Source: Patescibacteria group bacterium (lineage in GTDB: Bacteria > Patescibacteriota > JAQUNI01). Taken from it: DNA of 64,000 bases. The notes under the pieces were generated by a model that did no database searches, was not told where the DNA came from, and saw only the letters and a program-made list of their open reading frames with translations. This document shows, in pieces, positions 1 to 10,793 of this stretch. Position numbers and translations under genes: made by a program. The stretch spans positions 64,311 to 128,310 of the forward strand of contig JAQUNI010000003.1 in NCBI GenBank assembly GCA_028717685.1, written 5' to 3'. How positions within the stretch are numbered: the first letter of the stretch is position 1; each line of letters starts with the position of its first letter.

Positions 1-148
1 TATTTCCCATAATTTTAAGTATTCAAAACAAAAATAAAGAGGTCTTTTTTTAATGATTATACCTCACATCTATAAATCACATTATAATATATTTTTGATT
101 TTTGTTCAAGTATTCTTCTAGAATAGCTTTTTGTTTTGGGCGCTTTGT

Positions 149-895
149 TTATGATAAGGAATTTTTTATTTTTTTTAGCCTTATTTTGGTGGTAAATTCC
201 AAAAGGTCCCAAATGTATTGTCCCGCGTTAAGTTTAGATTTACCGTATCTGCGATCCGTAAAGGCAATGGGCACCTCTGCCACCTTGGCACCGGCGCGAT
301 ATAGGGCATAGGCAAATGAAGGCTGAAAGATATAGCTCTTTTTTTGCCAAGGGATGTCGGATAAATCCGTTTTTTGGTAAAGGCGAGTTGTAAAAGCCCT
401 GAAGGAGGGGGTAAAATCGGAGATTTCGCGGACACCCAGCATAGCGCGGCAAAGAAAATTAGCGCCCCTGCTAAAAACATCGCGATAGAACTCCAGCCTA
501 TTTTCGCCGCCAGAAATGAAACGTGAAGCTTGGACAAAATTAAAGCCTTGATCAATCTTTTGGATAAAGCGAGGGATATCATCAGGATTATGGGAAAGAT
601 CAGCATCAATCTGCATTAAGATATCAGCTTGCAATTTTTCAATCGCGAGATCATAACCGCGTTTCAAGGCGATACCAATTCCTCTTTGTTTTACATCTAG
701 AAGATGAACTTTGGGGTTATTTCGGTTTATTTTTTCCACAATTCTTCCTGTTCCATCAGGTGAATGACTGTCTGAAATAATAATAGAGAGGTTGCATGAG
801 GGGATTTTAGGCTCTTGTTTTAAAACCTCGGCAATGATTTTCCGGATATTTTCCCTTTCGTTATAAGTAGGAATAATGACTGCTAGATTAAGCAT
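149..895 (-). CDS. GT2 polyprenol-phosphate mannose synthase-like (DPM1/Ppm1)
   Basis: IIPTYNERENI, DSHSPDGTG, QIDADLSH, F.DRRYGKSK motifs. Confidence 0.85.
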   Translation of the reverse strand: MLNLAVIIPTYNERENIRKIIAEVLKQEPKIPSCNLSIIISDSHSPDGTGRIVEKINRNNPKVHLLDVKQRGIGIALKRGYDLAIEKLQADILMQIDADLSHNPDDIPRFIQKIDQGFNFVQASRFISGGENRLEFYRDVFSRGANFLCRAMLGVREISDFTPSFRAFTTRLYQKTDLSDIPWQKKSYIFQPSFAYALYRAGAKVAEVPIAFTDRRYGKSKLNAGQYIWDLLEFTTKIRLKKIKNSLS

Positions 896-3516
896 ATTTT
901 TTTATCTCTCCTCCCCTTACGCTTTTTATACACTCTATAAACAATAAATGTCAAGAAAGAGATTGCCATACTGCCCGCGCTGATCCATAGCCCCGCTTCA
1001 AACCAATTCTGGGGCTCATATTCTATTATTAGTTCATTGGTTTTGAGCTTTTGGGGGTCAATATAAAAACCGTTGATTATGGAATATAGAGGAAAGTGGG
1101 GAAAAATATCATTATTTTTAGAAAATAAAGAGTTAAATCTTTTTTTAAAATAGCCTTCCTCTTTTTTTTCTTTAAGTTTCCACATTGGATCGTAGCTTTC
1201 GGCAAAGGCTAAGATGAAAGGTTCTTCTACTTTGGAAAATGAGATTTTATATTGGGTAGGATTAATCTTTTCGTAGCTTACAGTAGGTTTACTTTCTGTT
1301 TTTTCTGATTCTTCCTTATCTTCAGAAAACATTAAGGCATCTATACCGCTAAGAGATTCCTCCTCGAAGAGTTTGAAGTCAGAAATTTCAAACCAAGATT
1401 CTTCTTCTAAATTGGGCTCGGCTTTAAACTCTATTTTGATATAATAGGTATTTTCAGGGAGCCCAAAAAAATGTGAAATTTTTTTCTGTTCTACATTTCC
1501 CATTTGGTCATTCATTAAGTTTTCTACCTCGAAAGCAGTGCGCTGATAGATAGGGTCATAATCTTCGCCATAAAATAAGATTCTAGCATCTACGCCTTTT
1601 AGATTTTCTCCTTGAAATTTATATTCTAGATAGAAATTTTGGTCTTCCTTTACTTTTATAGCATCAGTAATTATTCTACCTTTTCTTTCTGAAACTTGTG
1701 AGCCTTTAAGAACTTCAATTTTAGGGATCAGGTTGGAAATTTTGAGATTTTTTTCTCTAATTTCCAAATTGCCTTGGTCCAGAATGAAAAAATTGTTCAT
1801 TGTTAGAATACTAGTTGGTTTAGTTCTTTGATAAATCGGGACTTTTTCTTTTTGCCCCAAAAACATTTTTCCTAAATTTTGCCAAAAAATTTTTTGTGAA
1901 AGGTTTGGGATTAAATTATATTTTTTATTTCCAAAATTAAATAGATTAATATCCTCTATACTTTCTTTCTCCAATTTTTCTATATCTATAATTCTTTCAT
2001 TTTCATTTAATTGATTATCTTCTTCTATTTTCTCTTTATTATTTTCCTCTTTTTTTTCCTGTGTTTCCTCTTTATTATTTTCATTTATTTGATTTTGATT
2101 ACCTCTTAGTCTTAGAGAAACTTCATAATTGTTTTTCCGGGGCAGATTAAATTCTAAAGGTTCAATAGTCATTTCCGGGCTGATTTTTTGAATATAGAGG
2201 ATGCGATTTTTTTCTAAAATGGTCTTGGCTTCCATTTCATATTGTTGGTATTCCCTCATGGGAATCAAAGCGATTAAATTGACAGCATTAAATCCTTCTA
2301 AATTTTCAATTTTTAAGAAGTAATTCCCTTTTTTAAAATACTGGGAAGATTTTTCAGTGGTGAATTTATTATTAAGATTTAGTGTCTCAACTATTTTTTC
2401 TTGATTATACAAAACCATTTTGAACCTGCCCCCTTTGTTATTTTGGAAATAACGAAGCACAAATAGATATTCCCCGTCTTGATCAATATGTAAGGGTATG
2501 TTTATTTTTTCGTTAGGTTTTTCTGAATAAATTAAACTTTTATTAAAATCAAAATCCCAATTAGAAATTTTTAAATCGTCAATAACCCTGTGCCATTCAC
2601 CGTGCAAAGGTTCTTCCGTAGAAGCTTTATGCCATTCACCTTCCCCTTCTTGTGTGAAAGGAGTTAGATCTATAAAATATTTATCTTTGATTAGAGAAAA
2701 AACAAGATCATCTAAGCTAGTATTATTAAAAATAATATTTTTAAATTTTAAATCTTTAATTTTTTTTAAAATATTTGGTTCTTGGTTGACAAAAATTAAT
2801 CCTTGGTTTATGGGGTTAAAATTTTCTTGGGAATTTAAAATATCCAAGGTTTCCATTCCGCCCACTACCAAGCTTACATTTTCTGGTGCCCAAAATTGAG
2901 GAGCATAATTTTTATTCTCAAAAATTTGTAAATAGCTCTCTCTATCTTCATCACAAACTGCAAAATATTTTTTTTCTTGGATATCTCCGGAATTTTTTTC
3001 TGTAAGAGTAGATTTTTGGCAAAATAGTCCTGGATCTATCTCTTTTAGATTTATTTCCTTTAAATCCGGATTATCTTTTAGATTATTAAGCAACGATTCA
3101 CTATAATCTTCAGGCAAATCCTTTCTAAAAATAAGGTATTTAGTATTTAGGACATCAAAGAATTTATCCAGGTGAGAGACGTTACCAATAGCCGTTTCAA
3201 AAAATAAATAATAGAGTTTAGAATAGGGCGATAAGGGATTAATTGTAGGCTTTCCAGAAGAGCGGGTGACAAAATCGTTGATTTGACGATCGGATGCCCA
3301 GTCTAAAATTCTCGCATCAAATTGCGGTGGCAGCCAAGTAACCTTAAAATCATTTTTTTGAGCGCTTAGCCAGTTATTGATATGATAAAATTCCTCTGGG
3401 ATTTTTACTGGGACCAACTCATGGAATAAAACTTTATCCACTGTTCCTTGAAGATAAATCCAAAGGGAGAAAAAGCAAAAACCAATGATAATGTATCGGG
3501 AATATTTTTTAAGCAT
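883..3516 (-). CDS. Large extracytoplasmic protein, C-terminal half of a YfhO/AftD-like GT-C
   Basis: N-terminal TM, KVTWLP, LNTKYLIFRKD, YEKINPTQYKI, FAESYDPMW, INGFYID, C-terminal TM; parallels the second half of 5210-7765. Confidence 0.65.
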   Translation of the reverse strand: MLKKYSRYIIIGFCFFSLWIYLQGTVDKVLFHELVPVKIPEEFYHINNWLSAQKNDFKVTWLPPQFDARILDWASDRQINDFVTRSSGKPTINPLSPYSKLYYLFFETAIGNVSHLDKFFDVLNTKYLIFRKDLPEDYSESLLNNLKDNPDLKEINLKEIDPGLFCQKSTLTEKNSGDIQEKKYFAVCDEDRESYLQIFENKNYAPQFWAPENVSLVVGGMETLDILNSQENFNPINQGLIFVNQEPNILKKIKDLKFKNIIFNNTSLDDLVFSLIKDKYFIDLTPFTQEGEGEWHKASTEEPLHGEWHRVIDDLKISNWDFDFNKSLIYSEKPNEKINIPLHIDQDGEYLFVLRYFQNNKGGRFKMVLYNQEKIVETLNLNNKFTTEKSSQYFKKGNYFLKIENLEGFNAVNLIALIPMREYQQYEMEAKTILEKNRILYIQKISPEMTIEPLEFNLPRKNNYEVSLRLRGNQNQINENNKEETQEKKEENNKEKIEEDNQLNENERIIDIEKLEKESIEDINLFNFGNKKYNLIPNLSQKIFWQNLGKMFLGQKEKVPIYQRTKPTSILTMNNFFILDQGNLEIREKNLKISNLIPKIEVLKGSQVSERKGRIITDAIKVKEDQNFYLEYKFQGENLKGVDARILFYGEDYDPIYQRTAFEVENLMNDQMGNVEQKKISHFFGLPENTYYIKIEFKAEPNLEEESWFEISDFKLFEEESLSGIDALMFSEDKEESEKTESKPTVSYEKINPTQYKISFSKVEEPFILAFAESYDPMWKLKEKKEEGYFKKRFNSLFSKNNDIFPHFPLYSIINGFYIDPQKLKTNELIIEYEPQNWFEAGLWISAGSMAISFLTFIVYRVYKKRKGRRDKKICLI

Positions 3517-5200
3517 ATGTACTATTTTTAACTTTTTGCAACTTCTTTTTCATTTTTTCAATCTTTGAGTTTAATTTTTTAATCTTAAGCTCTTTTTTGC
3601 GCATTTTTTTAGATAAAAGATCAATTTTTTCCTTGATTTTTTTTCTATAGGTTGTTCCGAAAAATCTTAAAAACAAAAAAGTTAATAAAAAACTATAAGA
3701 CAGGGCGAGTAAGCCGTTTATTCGGGAGGATTCCCGAAAGAGCCAGCCAAAATTTTTAAGACAAGGAATGTCAAAAAGGAACTTTTGATATAAATTATAA
3801 TGCCAGATTGGCATCGTGGACATAATGGCCGCAAAAATTCCTAAAATTGAAAAAAAGATTGTATATTTGTTTCTTAAGGAAGGAAATAAAGGGATTAGAA
3901 GAATAAAAGGCAGGATAAAAATCAAAATTTTAAAATAAAGATTTAAAACTTTACTTTCTGTAGGTTTTGCATTTAAATTTAAAGTTTGGATAATGGGATT
4001 AATTTTTTCTTTTGGTTTTTCAATATATTCTTTGGTCAGCATATAGCCAGGAGTTTGGGGAGTGTTTCTCGCAAAACTTGTTTTAACATAGGGAATGAGC
4101 CAATGGCTGGAGAAGAGAATAAAACAGAGAATACAAATAAAGATATTAGCGATATTTTTTAAAAAATTTGAATAATTGAGCCCCTTTAACCCATTCTTCA
4201 AAAGGGCATTTAGGATTTCAATAATTATGAATAATCCTAACATTATAGACGCATATACTAAATAATGAGGAGAAAAAGAGATAAAATTTAAAAGAAAAGC
4301 CAGAATGACAGCAAAACGCGCTTTTTGGACTTCAATGAGTTTGATAAATATAAGTAAAATCAGAGGAAGAAATAGGTAGGCAATCCAGTGATAAAAATGA
4401 GAAATACGGGATAGCGCATAGGGATTAAAGATATAAAATATTACCAAAAATGAGCTGTAAAGTTCTAGATAATTTTTTTGCTTAATAAAATTTTTTAAAA
4501 TTTTCTTTCCTAAAAAATATAAAGACAGTACACCTATAAACAGTACTTCTGAAATCACAAGCTTTATAGTCAATTCTGCTGACAAATGCAACAAACGATT
4601 AAATAAAGAATTGATTAAAACAAATGGAAATATATTTGTTGTTATGCCTTCGGTGAAGCTTCCGTCATTATTCCACAAAAACCATATATTCCCGAGAACC
4701 CTTTCTTGCTGGATGGGAAAACTAATATCCCCTATCTCAATCTGACCTTGACTTACTAAAACTTTTTGAAAAAGAACTAAGGTTAGAAAGACTAAGATAG
4801 CAACATTGATTTTTTCATAATCTATGTTTCTAAAGGTCTTTAAAGGGATGCGATTATCTTTTTCTATTTTTTGTTTTGTGAGAGATATTTTAGTATAGGT
4901 TAAAACACTGATAGCAAGAAATAAATAGGCAAACTTCGCGGCGAGATCAGCCAGGATGAGATCCTTAAAGATCATAAAGATCGGACATAGACTCAGAGAA
5001 ATCAAACCCAAAACAGCTGAAAGCCTGATTGAAATTTTAAGGATAATGGAACTGACAAGGGCACCAGTGAGCACAAGAATATAAATGGGCGCATTCAAAA
5101 GATAGAGCGAGATTAACACAATGCTAAGCCACAGGAAATAATAAGGGAGTGGATGGCGAACCCTAAAATTTTTAATACTTTTTATTACTTTTGAGAACAT
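3509..5200 (-). CDS. Multi-pass membrane protein, N-terminal half of a GT-C glycosyltransferase
   Basis: Many TM segments, GD motif after an early TM, FYIFNPY, LFRESSR. Confidence 0.65.
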   Translation of the reverse strand: MFSKVIKSIKNFRVRHPLPYYFLWLSIVLISLYLLNAPIYILVLTGALVSSIILKISIRLSAVLGLISLSLCPIFMIFKDLILADLAAKFAYLFLAISVLTYTKISLTKQKIEKDNRIPLKTFRNIDYEKINVAILVFLTLVLFQKVLVSQGQIEIGDISFPIQQERVLGNIWFLWNNDGSFTEGITTNIFPFVLINSLFNRLLHLSAELTIKLVISEVLFIGVLSLYFLGKKILKNFIKQKNYLELYSSFLVIFYIFNPYALSRISHFYHWIAYLFLPLILLIFIKLIEVQKARFAVILAFLLNFISFSPHYLVYASIMLGLFIIIEILNALLKNGLKGLNYSNFLKNIANIFICILCFILFSSHWLIPYVKTSFARNTPQTPGYMLTKEYIEKPKEKINPIIQTLNLNAKPTESKVLNLYFKILIFILPFILLIPLFPSLRNKYTIFFSILGIFAAIMSTMPIWHYNLYQKFLFDIPCLKNFGWLFRESSRINGLLALSYSFLLTFLFLRFFGTTYRKKIKEKIDLLSKKMRKKELKIKKLNSKIEKMKKKLQKVKNSTYA

Positions 5201-5209
5201 TTGGATATT

Positions 5210-7765
5210 TTAAGAAATTGTCTTTAAAAACCGCTGACGCCTTGAATTTAATTTGAAATAGATTGCAAAGATGATCAGTAAGAATAATGTAAGCAGACTA
5301 ATCCCTAAACAAATATAGATAATATTTTGTTTCTTGAATTCAATAATTAATTCTATATCCAGGGAACCATTCTCGTTTAATTGAACAAATTCCGGGAATG
5401 AATTTTGAAGATAATCAAGATCTAAATACCAAGCGTTCGCATAACCGTTGACTTGGAAGTGATATTTTTCATCCAGAGCTCGCAAGGATATTGATTCCAA
5501 AAGTTTGCCAGAAGGGATATTATTGTCCTGTGTTGCATTTTGAAAGGTTGGCGATATATACTCGTTGTTTTTATTATTTTCAGTAAATCTGGTTGGATAT
5601 ATTTTCCAGAATTTATGGAATTGGTTGGAAAATATAAGGGGGAAAGATTTAGTAATATTTGAAATTCTGATTTTATATTTATAGGGGAATATTTCTTTAT
5701 ATTCAATCAGAGCGTTATTTTCTGAAGTTTTTTCTAAATTTTGTTGAATAAAATCAGGGGCATTCTTAATATATGCAATTCTTTTATCTTTACTTTCTTC
5801 AATGTCTGCTTTTTGAGGAGGGGTATAGACTATACGGTTCGGAATATAAAAGATTGGTAAAAAATTTTCATCTTTAACTTGGTAAAGAGTGATTGCATAT
5901 TTCCCCTTAAGATCATTTATTTCTTTATATATTTCATACGGCGATCTCACATCATTGGGCAGGGAGTTGACATATTTTGGAGTGAAGAGAAAATAATCTT
6001 TTTCTTTGATAAAATTTTCGCTATTCAAAATTTTTTCAAAGAAATGATAGTCATAGTATTCGGTTGTGGAATCCTTTTTGCTATAATATTGATTATAGCG
6101 AGAGTCAACATCTCTTAATAGAATGATATTTTTCACATTAAGTATTTTTAGAATTTCCGGTTTCAAAATGGATTCCCCGGTCAAAAGCCCTTCTTTGTAA
6201 GTTGGAGGGTCAATATTTCGGATTGATAATATTGGTTTATTAATTAAAGAATAAGGAGCGGGCCAGCCTTGATTGGAACCCTTTTCCCAGTATTGTTTAG
6301 TCCCATACACATAATATGGCAAAATGAGCGTCCTATTAATTAATGTTTTGTCTTCTAAATCTTTTTTTAGTTCATAATGATAGCTTGGCACTTTTTCATA
6401 AGGGGAAGCCAATGAGCCGTTTAAATGCATTTTATTTAGGTTGTAGGCGGCCATGCTTGGCCAAATTGTATAAAGGAAAGAAAGAATAAAGAGGGAGACA
6501 AAAGTGATTTTAAGGGTTTTGTTTTTAGTTCTCTCAATGAGGAGTTTAAGAGCAAAAGCAAGCAATATTGCATAGATAAAAATAATATTTAAATTTACTT
6601 TATCGGGGCTTCTTAGGATTGTAAAAATGTTAAAATGAACATAAAAATACTTAAATACCGCCCCCAATGGAGAAGTTACGCCGGCCGCGATTGAGAGCAC
6701 AAAAAAGAGATAAACATAATAAAATACCAGCTTAGTGTTTTTTTTAATGAAGAAGATGGGCAGGAAGATGAATACAACCAAGGCGTAGGTTAAAAACAGG
6801 CCCAGAGGAGTATAGAAGTAATAGTGATAAGGATGATAATAGTCATAATATGCGGCTGCTCTGAAAGACCAGTTGCCAAGCAGACGGATTGCCTCATAAT
6901 ACTCCATTGCCGATGTATCAAAGGTTCGCAGTAATCCACCTTGGATGTTTGTTAAAGTTCCCAGGAATAATTCAATGTCATTATAAAGCCAATAAAGGTT
7001 TAATAAAATTGTTAAGAAGATTATTCCAACAATCGTTAAATGCAAGGGAATTAATTTATGATATGCCTTCTTTTTGATTATTTTAATTAAGGTATAAAGG
7101 TAATAAAATACAAAAGCGAATAGATAAATATTCGCATAGGAAATGTGGCTAACGCCATTGATTGCTAAAGATAATAAAATACTTATCATCCCTATGAAAA
7201 AAATTTGCTGTTTTATACTAACTTTTTTCAAGGTTTGCCTAAGAGCAAGGATGTAAAAGGCAAATGTAAAGGGGAAGAAAGACAAAATGGGAGAATAAAT
7301 CGGACTGAAAAAAATTATAAGGTGAAAGGGATTATAAACGTAAAATAAAGAGCCCAATATAGAATATACTATATTTAATTTGAATATCTTTCTCAAGAAA
7401 TAATACATCCCAGCAAGAGGAAGATAATACTGAAATATAAAAAGCATTGACAGATTAGCAACCACATCAGAGTTAAAGATTTTGTACAGAAGGAATTGCG
7501 AAAGGTACCAAATTAAGGAAGAAAGAAATGATGTTTCGCCTAAACAATCATGATTCCAGGTAAATTTATGTTTTTGGAAATAATAGTTCCCGAATACTAA
7601 GAGAGAGGTGTCGTCACCAAGGCCGACTGCATATTTTTTTACAAAAATTATAAAAATAGCAAACGGTATTAAAAATAATAAGAGAAAGATGGCAAGGCGT
7701 TTTAATAATTTATGCTTTCCGAAAAAAATATAAATTTTTTTCAGGTTGCTAATGAAATTTTTCAT
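5210..7765 (-). CDS. Full-length GT-C (YfhO/AftD-like) membrane glycosyltransferase
   Basis: GDD after TM1, FYVYNPF, LRSPDK, RTLILP, HFQVNGYANAW, C-terminal TM. Confidence 0.7.
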   Translation of the reverse strand: MKNFISNLKKIYIFFGKHKLLKRLAIFLLLFLIPFAIFIIFVKKYAVGLGDDTSLLVFGNYYFQKHKFTWNHDCLGETSFLSSLIWYLSQFLLYKIFNSDVVANLSMLFIFQYYLPLAGMYYFLRKIFKLNIVYSILGSLFYVYNPFHLIIFFSPIYSPILSFFPFTFAFYILALRQTLKKVSIKQQIFFIGMISILLSLAINGVSHISYANIYLFAFVFYYLYTLIKIIKKKAYHKLIPLHLTIVGIIFLTILLNLYWLYNDIELFLGTLTNIQGGLLRTFDTSAMEYYEAIRLLGNWSFRAAAYYDYYHPYHYYFYTPLGLFLTYALVVFIFLPIFFIKKNTKLVFYYVYLFFVLSIAAGVTSPLGAVFKYFYVHFNIFTILRSPDKVNLNIIFIYAILLAFALKLLIERTKNKTLKITFVSLFILSFLYTIWPSMAAYNLNKMHLNGSLASPYEKVPSYHYELKKDLEDKTLINRTLILPYYVYGTKQYWEKGSNQGWPAPYSLINKPILSIRNIDPPTYKEGLLTGESILKPEILKILNVKNIILLRDVDSRYNQYYSKKDSTTEYYDYHFFEKILNSENFIKEKDYFLFTPKYVNSLPNDVRSPYEIYKEINDLKGKYAITLYQVKDENFLPIFYIPNRIVYTPPQKADIEESKDKRIAYIKNAPDFIQQNLEKTSENNALIEYKEIFPYKYKIRISNITKSFPLIFSNQFHKFWKIYPTRFTENNKNNEYISPTFQNATQDNNIPSGKLLESISLRALDEKYHFQVNGYANAWYLDLDYLQNSFPEFVQLNENGSLDIELIIEFKKQNIIYICLGISLLTLFLLIIFAIYFKLNSRRQRFLKTIS

Positions 7766-7992
7766 ATTAATCTTTAATCACTGGTAGTTTATAGCGGCGC
7801 AAATAAAACCCTTCAGTAAGATAGCGTCAAACATTCTCGCAAAATGAAGCCTCATTGTTCGCTAAGAAGTATTTACTTTTACTATTTAGAACTGTATACT
7901 CTTTATTTGATTTTGTGAGTATGCTCAAAATTTTTTTATAGTTCAAGTATCAGTTTTTAATTCTTAAAAGCGTCTCATTTTATATTCATTCA

Positions 7993-9012
7993 TTATTTAA
8001 ATTTAGGCACCCCGATCATTAGAAAAGTTTTTAATTTGCCAGAATTCCAATTCATAATAGATAGAATTTTTAAATCACCCACTTTTCTTCTCCTTTGGAT
8101 TATTTTTCTTTGTTTAATAGTATCTTGAATATTAATAATATTCCAAAAAATTGCTCTCCAAACAATTATAAACATTTTAAAATTACCGGAAACAAAGTAA
8201 AATAGCGATTCTAAAATATCTTGGCTTATGGATAAGGGAATAATCCAAAACAGGTTTATTAGTCTATAGTTTTTTAACAAATTTCTTAAATTATTTTTAT
8301 TGACTTCATATCTTCGAAAGGTAGGAATAATATGACGTTTATTTTTTTTATATCTTGTCCTTTCTGACGAACCGCCGCCGAAATGAAATAAATGAGCATT
8401 ATGACAAATCGCTAATCTCATGCCAAATAAGTGGGCTCTCCAAGATAGGTCTGTATCCTCGCTATACATATAATATTTTTCATCGAAGCCACCTAGTTTG
8501 ATAAATTTTTTTTTGTCAATCATTAAGGCGCAGCCATCAATGTAAAACAGTTTTCGATAAGGCACACTAATTGGATAACCCAGAAAATCCATCCCCGGGT
8601 ATTGCTTCTTTGATAAATCAATTTTATTTTTACCTGAAGCTTGCGGTCCAATTAAATCAAAATCGTTTTTATTTTTAAAATCAATGAGCTTTTCGAGCAG
8701 ATCACTAGGGGATCGGGTATCGTTATTTAAAAGAAACAAGATGTCTCCCTTGCTATTTTTAACCCCGATATTATTAGCGGTTCCAAAACCTAAGTCTTTA
8801 TCATTCTGGATCACGGTCATATCTTTATAATTCTTTTTTATAAAATCTATGCTGTCATCATCGGAAGCATTATCCACCAGAATAATTTCAAAATTTTTAT
8901 ATGTCTGAGCGTATAAGGAATCCAAACAATTTTTAAGCCATTTTTTCCCGTTGTGGTTAGTTAAAATTATTGAGACTAATTGATTCATCTTATTGTTTTT
9001 TAAGGCAGCCAT
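7993..9012 (-). CDS. GT2 glycosyltransferase (WbbL-like)
   Basis: VDNASDD, GFGTANNIG, LLNND, GGFDEKYYMYSEDTDLSWR. Confidence 0.88.
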   Translation of the reverse strand: MAALKNNKMNQLVSIILTNHNGKKWLKNCLDSLYAQTYKNFEIILVDNASDDDSIDFIKKNYKDMTVIQNDKDLGFGTANNIGVKNSKGDILFLLNNDTRSPSDLLEKLIDFKNKNDFDLIGPQASGKNKIDLSKKQYPGMDFLGYPISVPYRKLFYIDGCALMIDKKKFIKLGGFDEKYYMYSEDTDLSWRAHLFGMRLAICHNAHLFHFGGGSSERTRYKKNKRHIIPTFRRYEVNKNNLRNLLKNYRLINLFWIIPLSISQDILESLFYFVSGNFKMFIIVWRAIFWNIINIQDTIKQRKIIQRRRKVGDLKILSIMNWNSGKLKTFLMIGVPKFK

Positions 9013-9250
9013 AACTCTATTTTAAATAGTATTTATTGGAGTTTTTATTGATGAGGAGACACATAAGGTTCTAGTAAAAGATATCCATGTCGCGAGTTAA
9101 GGCAATCACTTTAGTGACAAGATCGGGATCTCCTCTAAAAAAAAATAAAGTCTGATGTGATGTGCATCTCTATTACCCCACGGGAAGCCTGTGGTTAGCA
9201 GGATTCGTTTCCTGTTCATTTTCTTTTGGTTGCGGGATACAATATTTGAT

Positions 9251-9733
9251 TTATATTAAGCCCCATTCGTAGGGTATTTTTTTTGAGAAAGGATCTAATC
9301 TTCGGATTTCTTGAGGGTCATGTGAAATTGTCGAGCAGTTGGCTATCAGGGCTTCTTTTTTTCCAAAACCCTGAAAGCCATTCCAAACCAAGGGGGGTAC
9401 TTTAATGAGGAGATAATTGTCTTCCCCCGTAAAAATTTCCGTTAGATGACCTTTGGTTTCAGAATTCTCTCGGTCATCATAGAGCACTAGCTTTATATTA
9501 CCCGCGATGACTGCATAATTTAATTCCATTTTTGTATGAATATGCCATCCCTTGATCACTCCCGGATATACGCTAGAAAAGTAAATTTCCCCAAAACCAT
9601 TAAATTCCTTGTCTTCCTTTTTGAGCATATGCAAAATGCGTCCCCTTTCATCAGGGATTATATTTAATTTTTTAATAATTACTCCTTGGATCATCTGCCC
9701 CTTAATCCCGGAGATTTGTTCATCCATTGCCAT
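9251..9733 (-). CDS. NDP-4-keto-6-deoxyhexose 3,5-epimerase (RmlC-like cupin)
   Basis: DERG, GVIKGWHIH, LYDDR motifs. Confidence 0.85.
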   Translation of the reverse strand: MAMDEQISGIKGQMIQGVIIKKLNIIPDERGRILHMLKKEDKEFNGFGEIYFSSVYPGVIKGWHIHTKMELNYAVIAGNIKLVLYDDRENSETKGHLTEIFTGEDNYLLIKVPPLVWNGFQGFGKKEALIANCSTISHDPQEIRRLDPFSKKIPYEWGLI

Positions 9734-10649
9734 TTAGATAATAATAATAAGTTTTTTCTAGACCATAATCTAAGTTATAAAGCGGTTTCCATTTAAGTAT
9801 TTTTTTTAATTTAGAATTGTCGCAATTTACATAGTAAACCTCATTTTCAATATAAGGTTTCGCTCCCCAAATGATATTAAATTTTTTATTAGCAATCTTT
9901 TCGATTTTTTTTGTTATTTCCTTAATGCTGTATGCTTTGTCGTAACCTACGTTAAAACCCTCAAATTTAACAATTTTATTAAAATGTTTCAGCGCACAAA
10001 GATAAGCTTGGGCGATGTCTTTGACATAGGTGAAGTTCCATCTCTGTTCGCCGCCAGAAAACTCGATTTCCTCCCCTTTATTGAGAGATTTAATCAGAAA
10101 AGCCATCAGTTTTTCGTTATCCCGATCACCAAAAGGGGCAAATAGTTTGAAATCGATCACTTTAAAATTATAACTATTGGCATAGTACTTTAAAATTTCT
10201 GCAAAAGATAGTTTGGTGGCAGCGTAAAGATTATAAGCACATTTTTCATCCTCTTCTTTAAGGGGGAGATTTTTCATCTTATATTCGGAGAATGTGCCAG
10301 TATTGATAAAATATTTTACCTCCGCTTGAATAGCCAATTGACAAAGAAGGGAAGGAAATTTGACATTTGTGTCAATCATCTCTTCCACTTCGTTAAGATT
10401 ATTGTGCTTCTTAATATATTTCGTGGCGAGATGGATTATACAATCAATATGGCTTTCCTTAAAAATTAAACCTAATTCATTTTTGTCGGAGTAATAAATT
10501 TTAACTGCACGGCGGAAGGGCTCTATTCGTGTATTATTGGAGGCAGAGTGCAATAAGGCAATGACCCTGTAATTTTTTTTCAATAAATTTTCTAACAAGT
10601 GAGAGCCAATAAAACCGGCCGCTCCTGTAACTAAGACTGTTTTTATCAT
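9720..10649 (-). CDS. NAD-dependent sugar 4-reductase/epimerase (CDP-paratose/abequose synthase-like SDR)
   Basis: TGAAGFIG, HLAT, FINTGT, YAATK. Confidence 0.8.
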   Translation of the reverse strand: MIKTVLVTGAAGFIGSHLLENLLKKNYRVIALLHSASNNTRIEPFRRAVKIYYSDKNELGLIFKESHIDCIIHLATKYIKKHNNLNEVEEMIDTNVKFPSLLCQLAIQAEVKYFINTGTFSEYKMKNLPLKEEDEKCAYNLYAATKLSFAEILKYYANSYNFKVIDFKLFAPFGDRDNEKLMAFLIKSLNKGEEIEFSGGEQRWNFTYVKDIAQAYLCALKHFNKIVKFEGFNVGYDKAYSIKEITKKIEKIANKKFNIIWGAKPYIENEVYYVNCDNSKLKKILKWKPLYNLDYGLEKTYYYYLNGNG

Positions 10650-10683
10650 TTTTTTAAATTTTTAATGTTTTTATGGCCATTAT

Positions 10684-10751
10684 CCAGTATTAAAATATCC
10701 GTTGATTTGTCTTGTTATATAAGCTTGCATATCTATTTTGTTTGAGTAGAA
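10684..10751 (-). repeat. 68-bp direct copy of the 3' end of rfbG (other copy 14501-14568)
   Basis: Hand alignment gives 65/68 identical. Confidence 0.9.
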
Positions 10752-10793
10752 CAGAAAATTTATTCCCACAACTTGCTGCGGATGAGTAATTTA

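Noticed and set aside
9040-9220. Possible gene remnants in gaps 9013-9250, 7766-7992 and 16390-16546
   Set aside because: Short coding-like fragments exist (e.g. MNRKRILLTTGFPW) but cannot be assigned without a search
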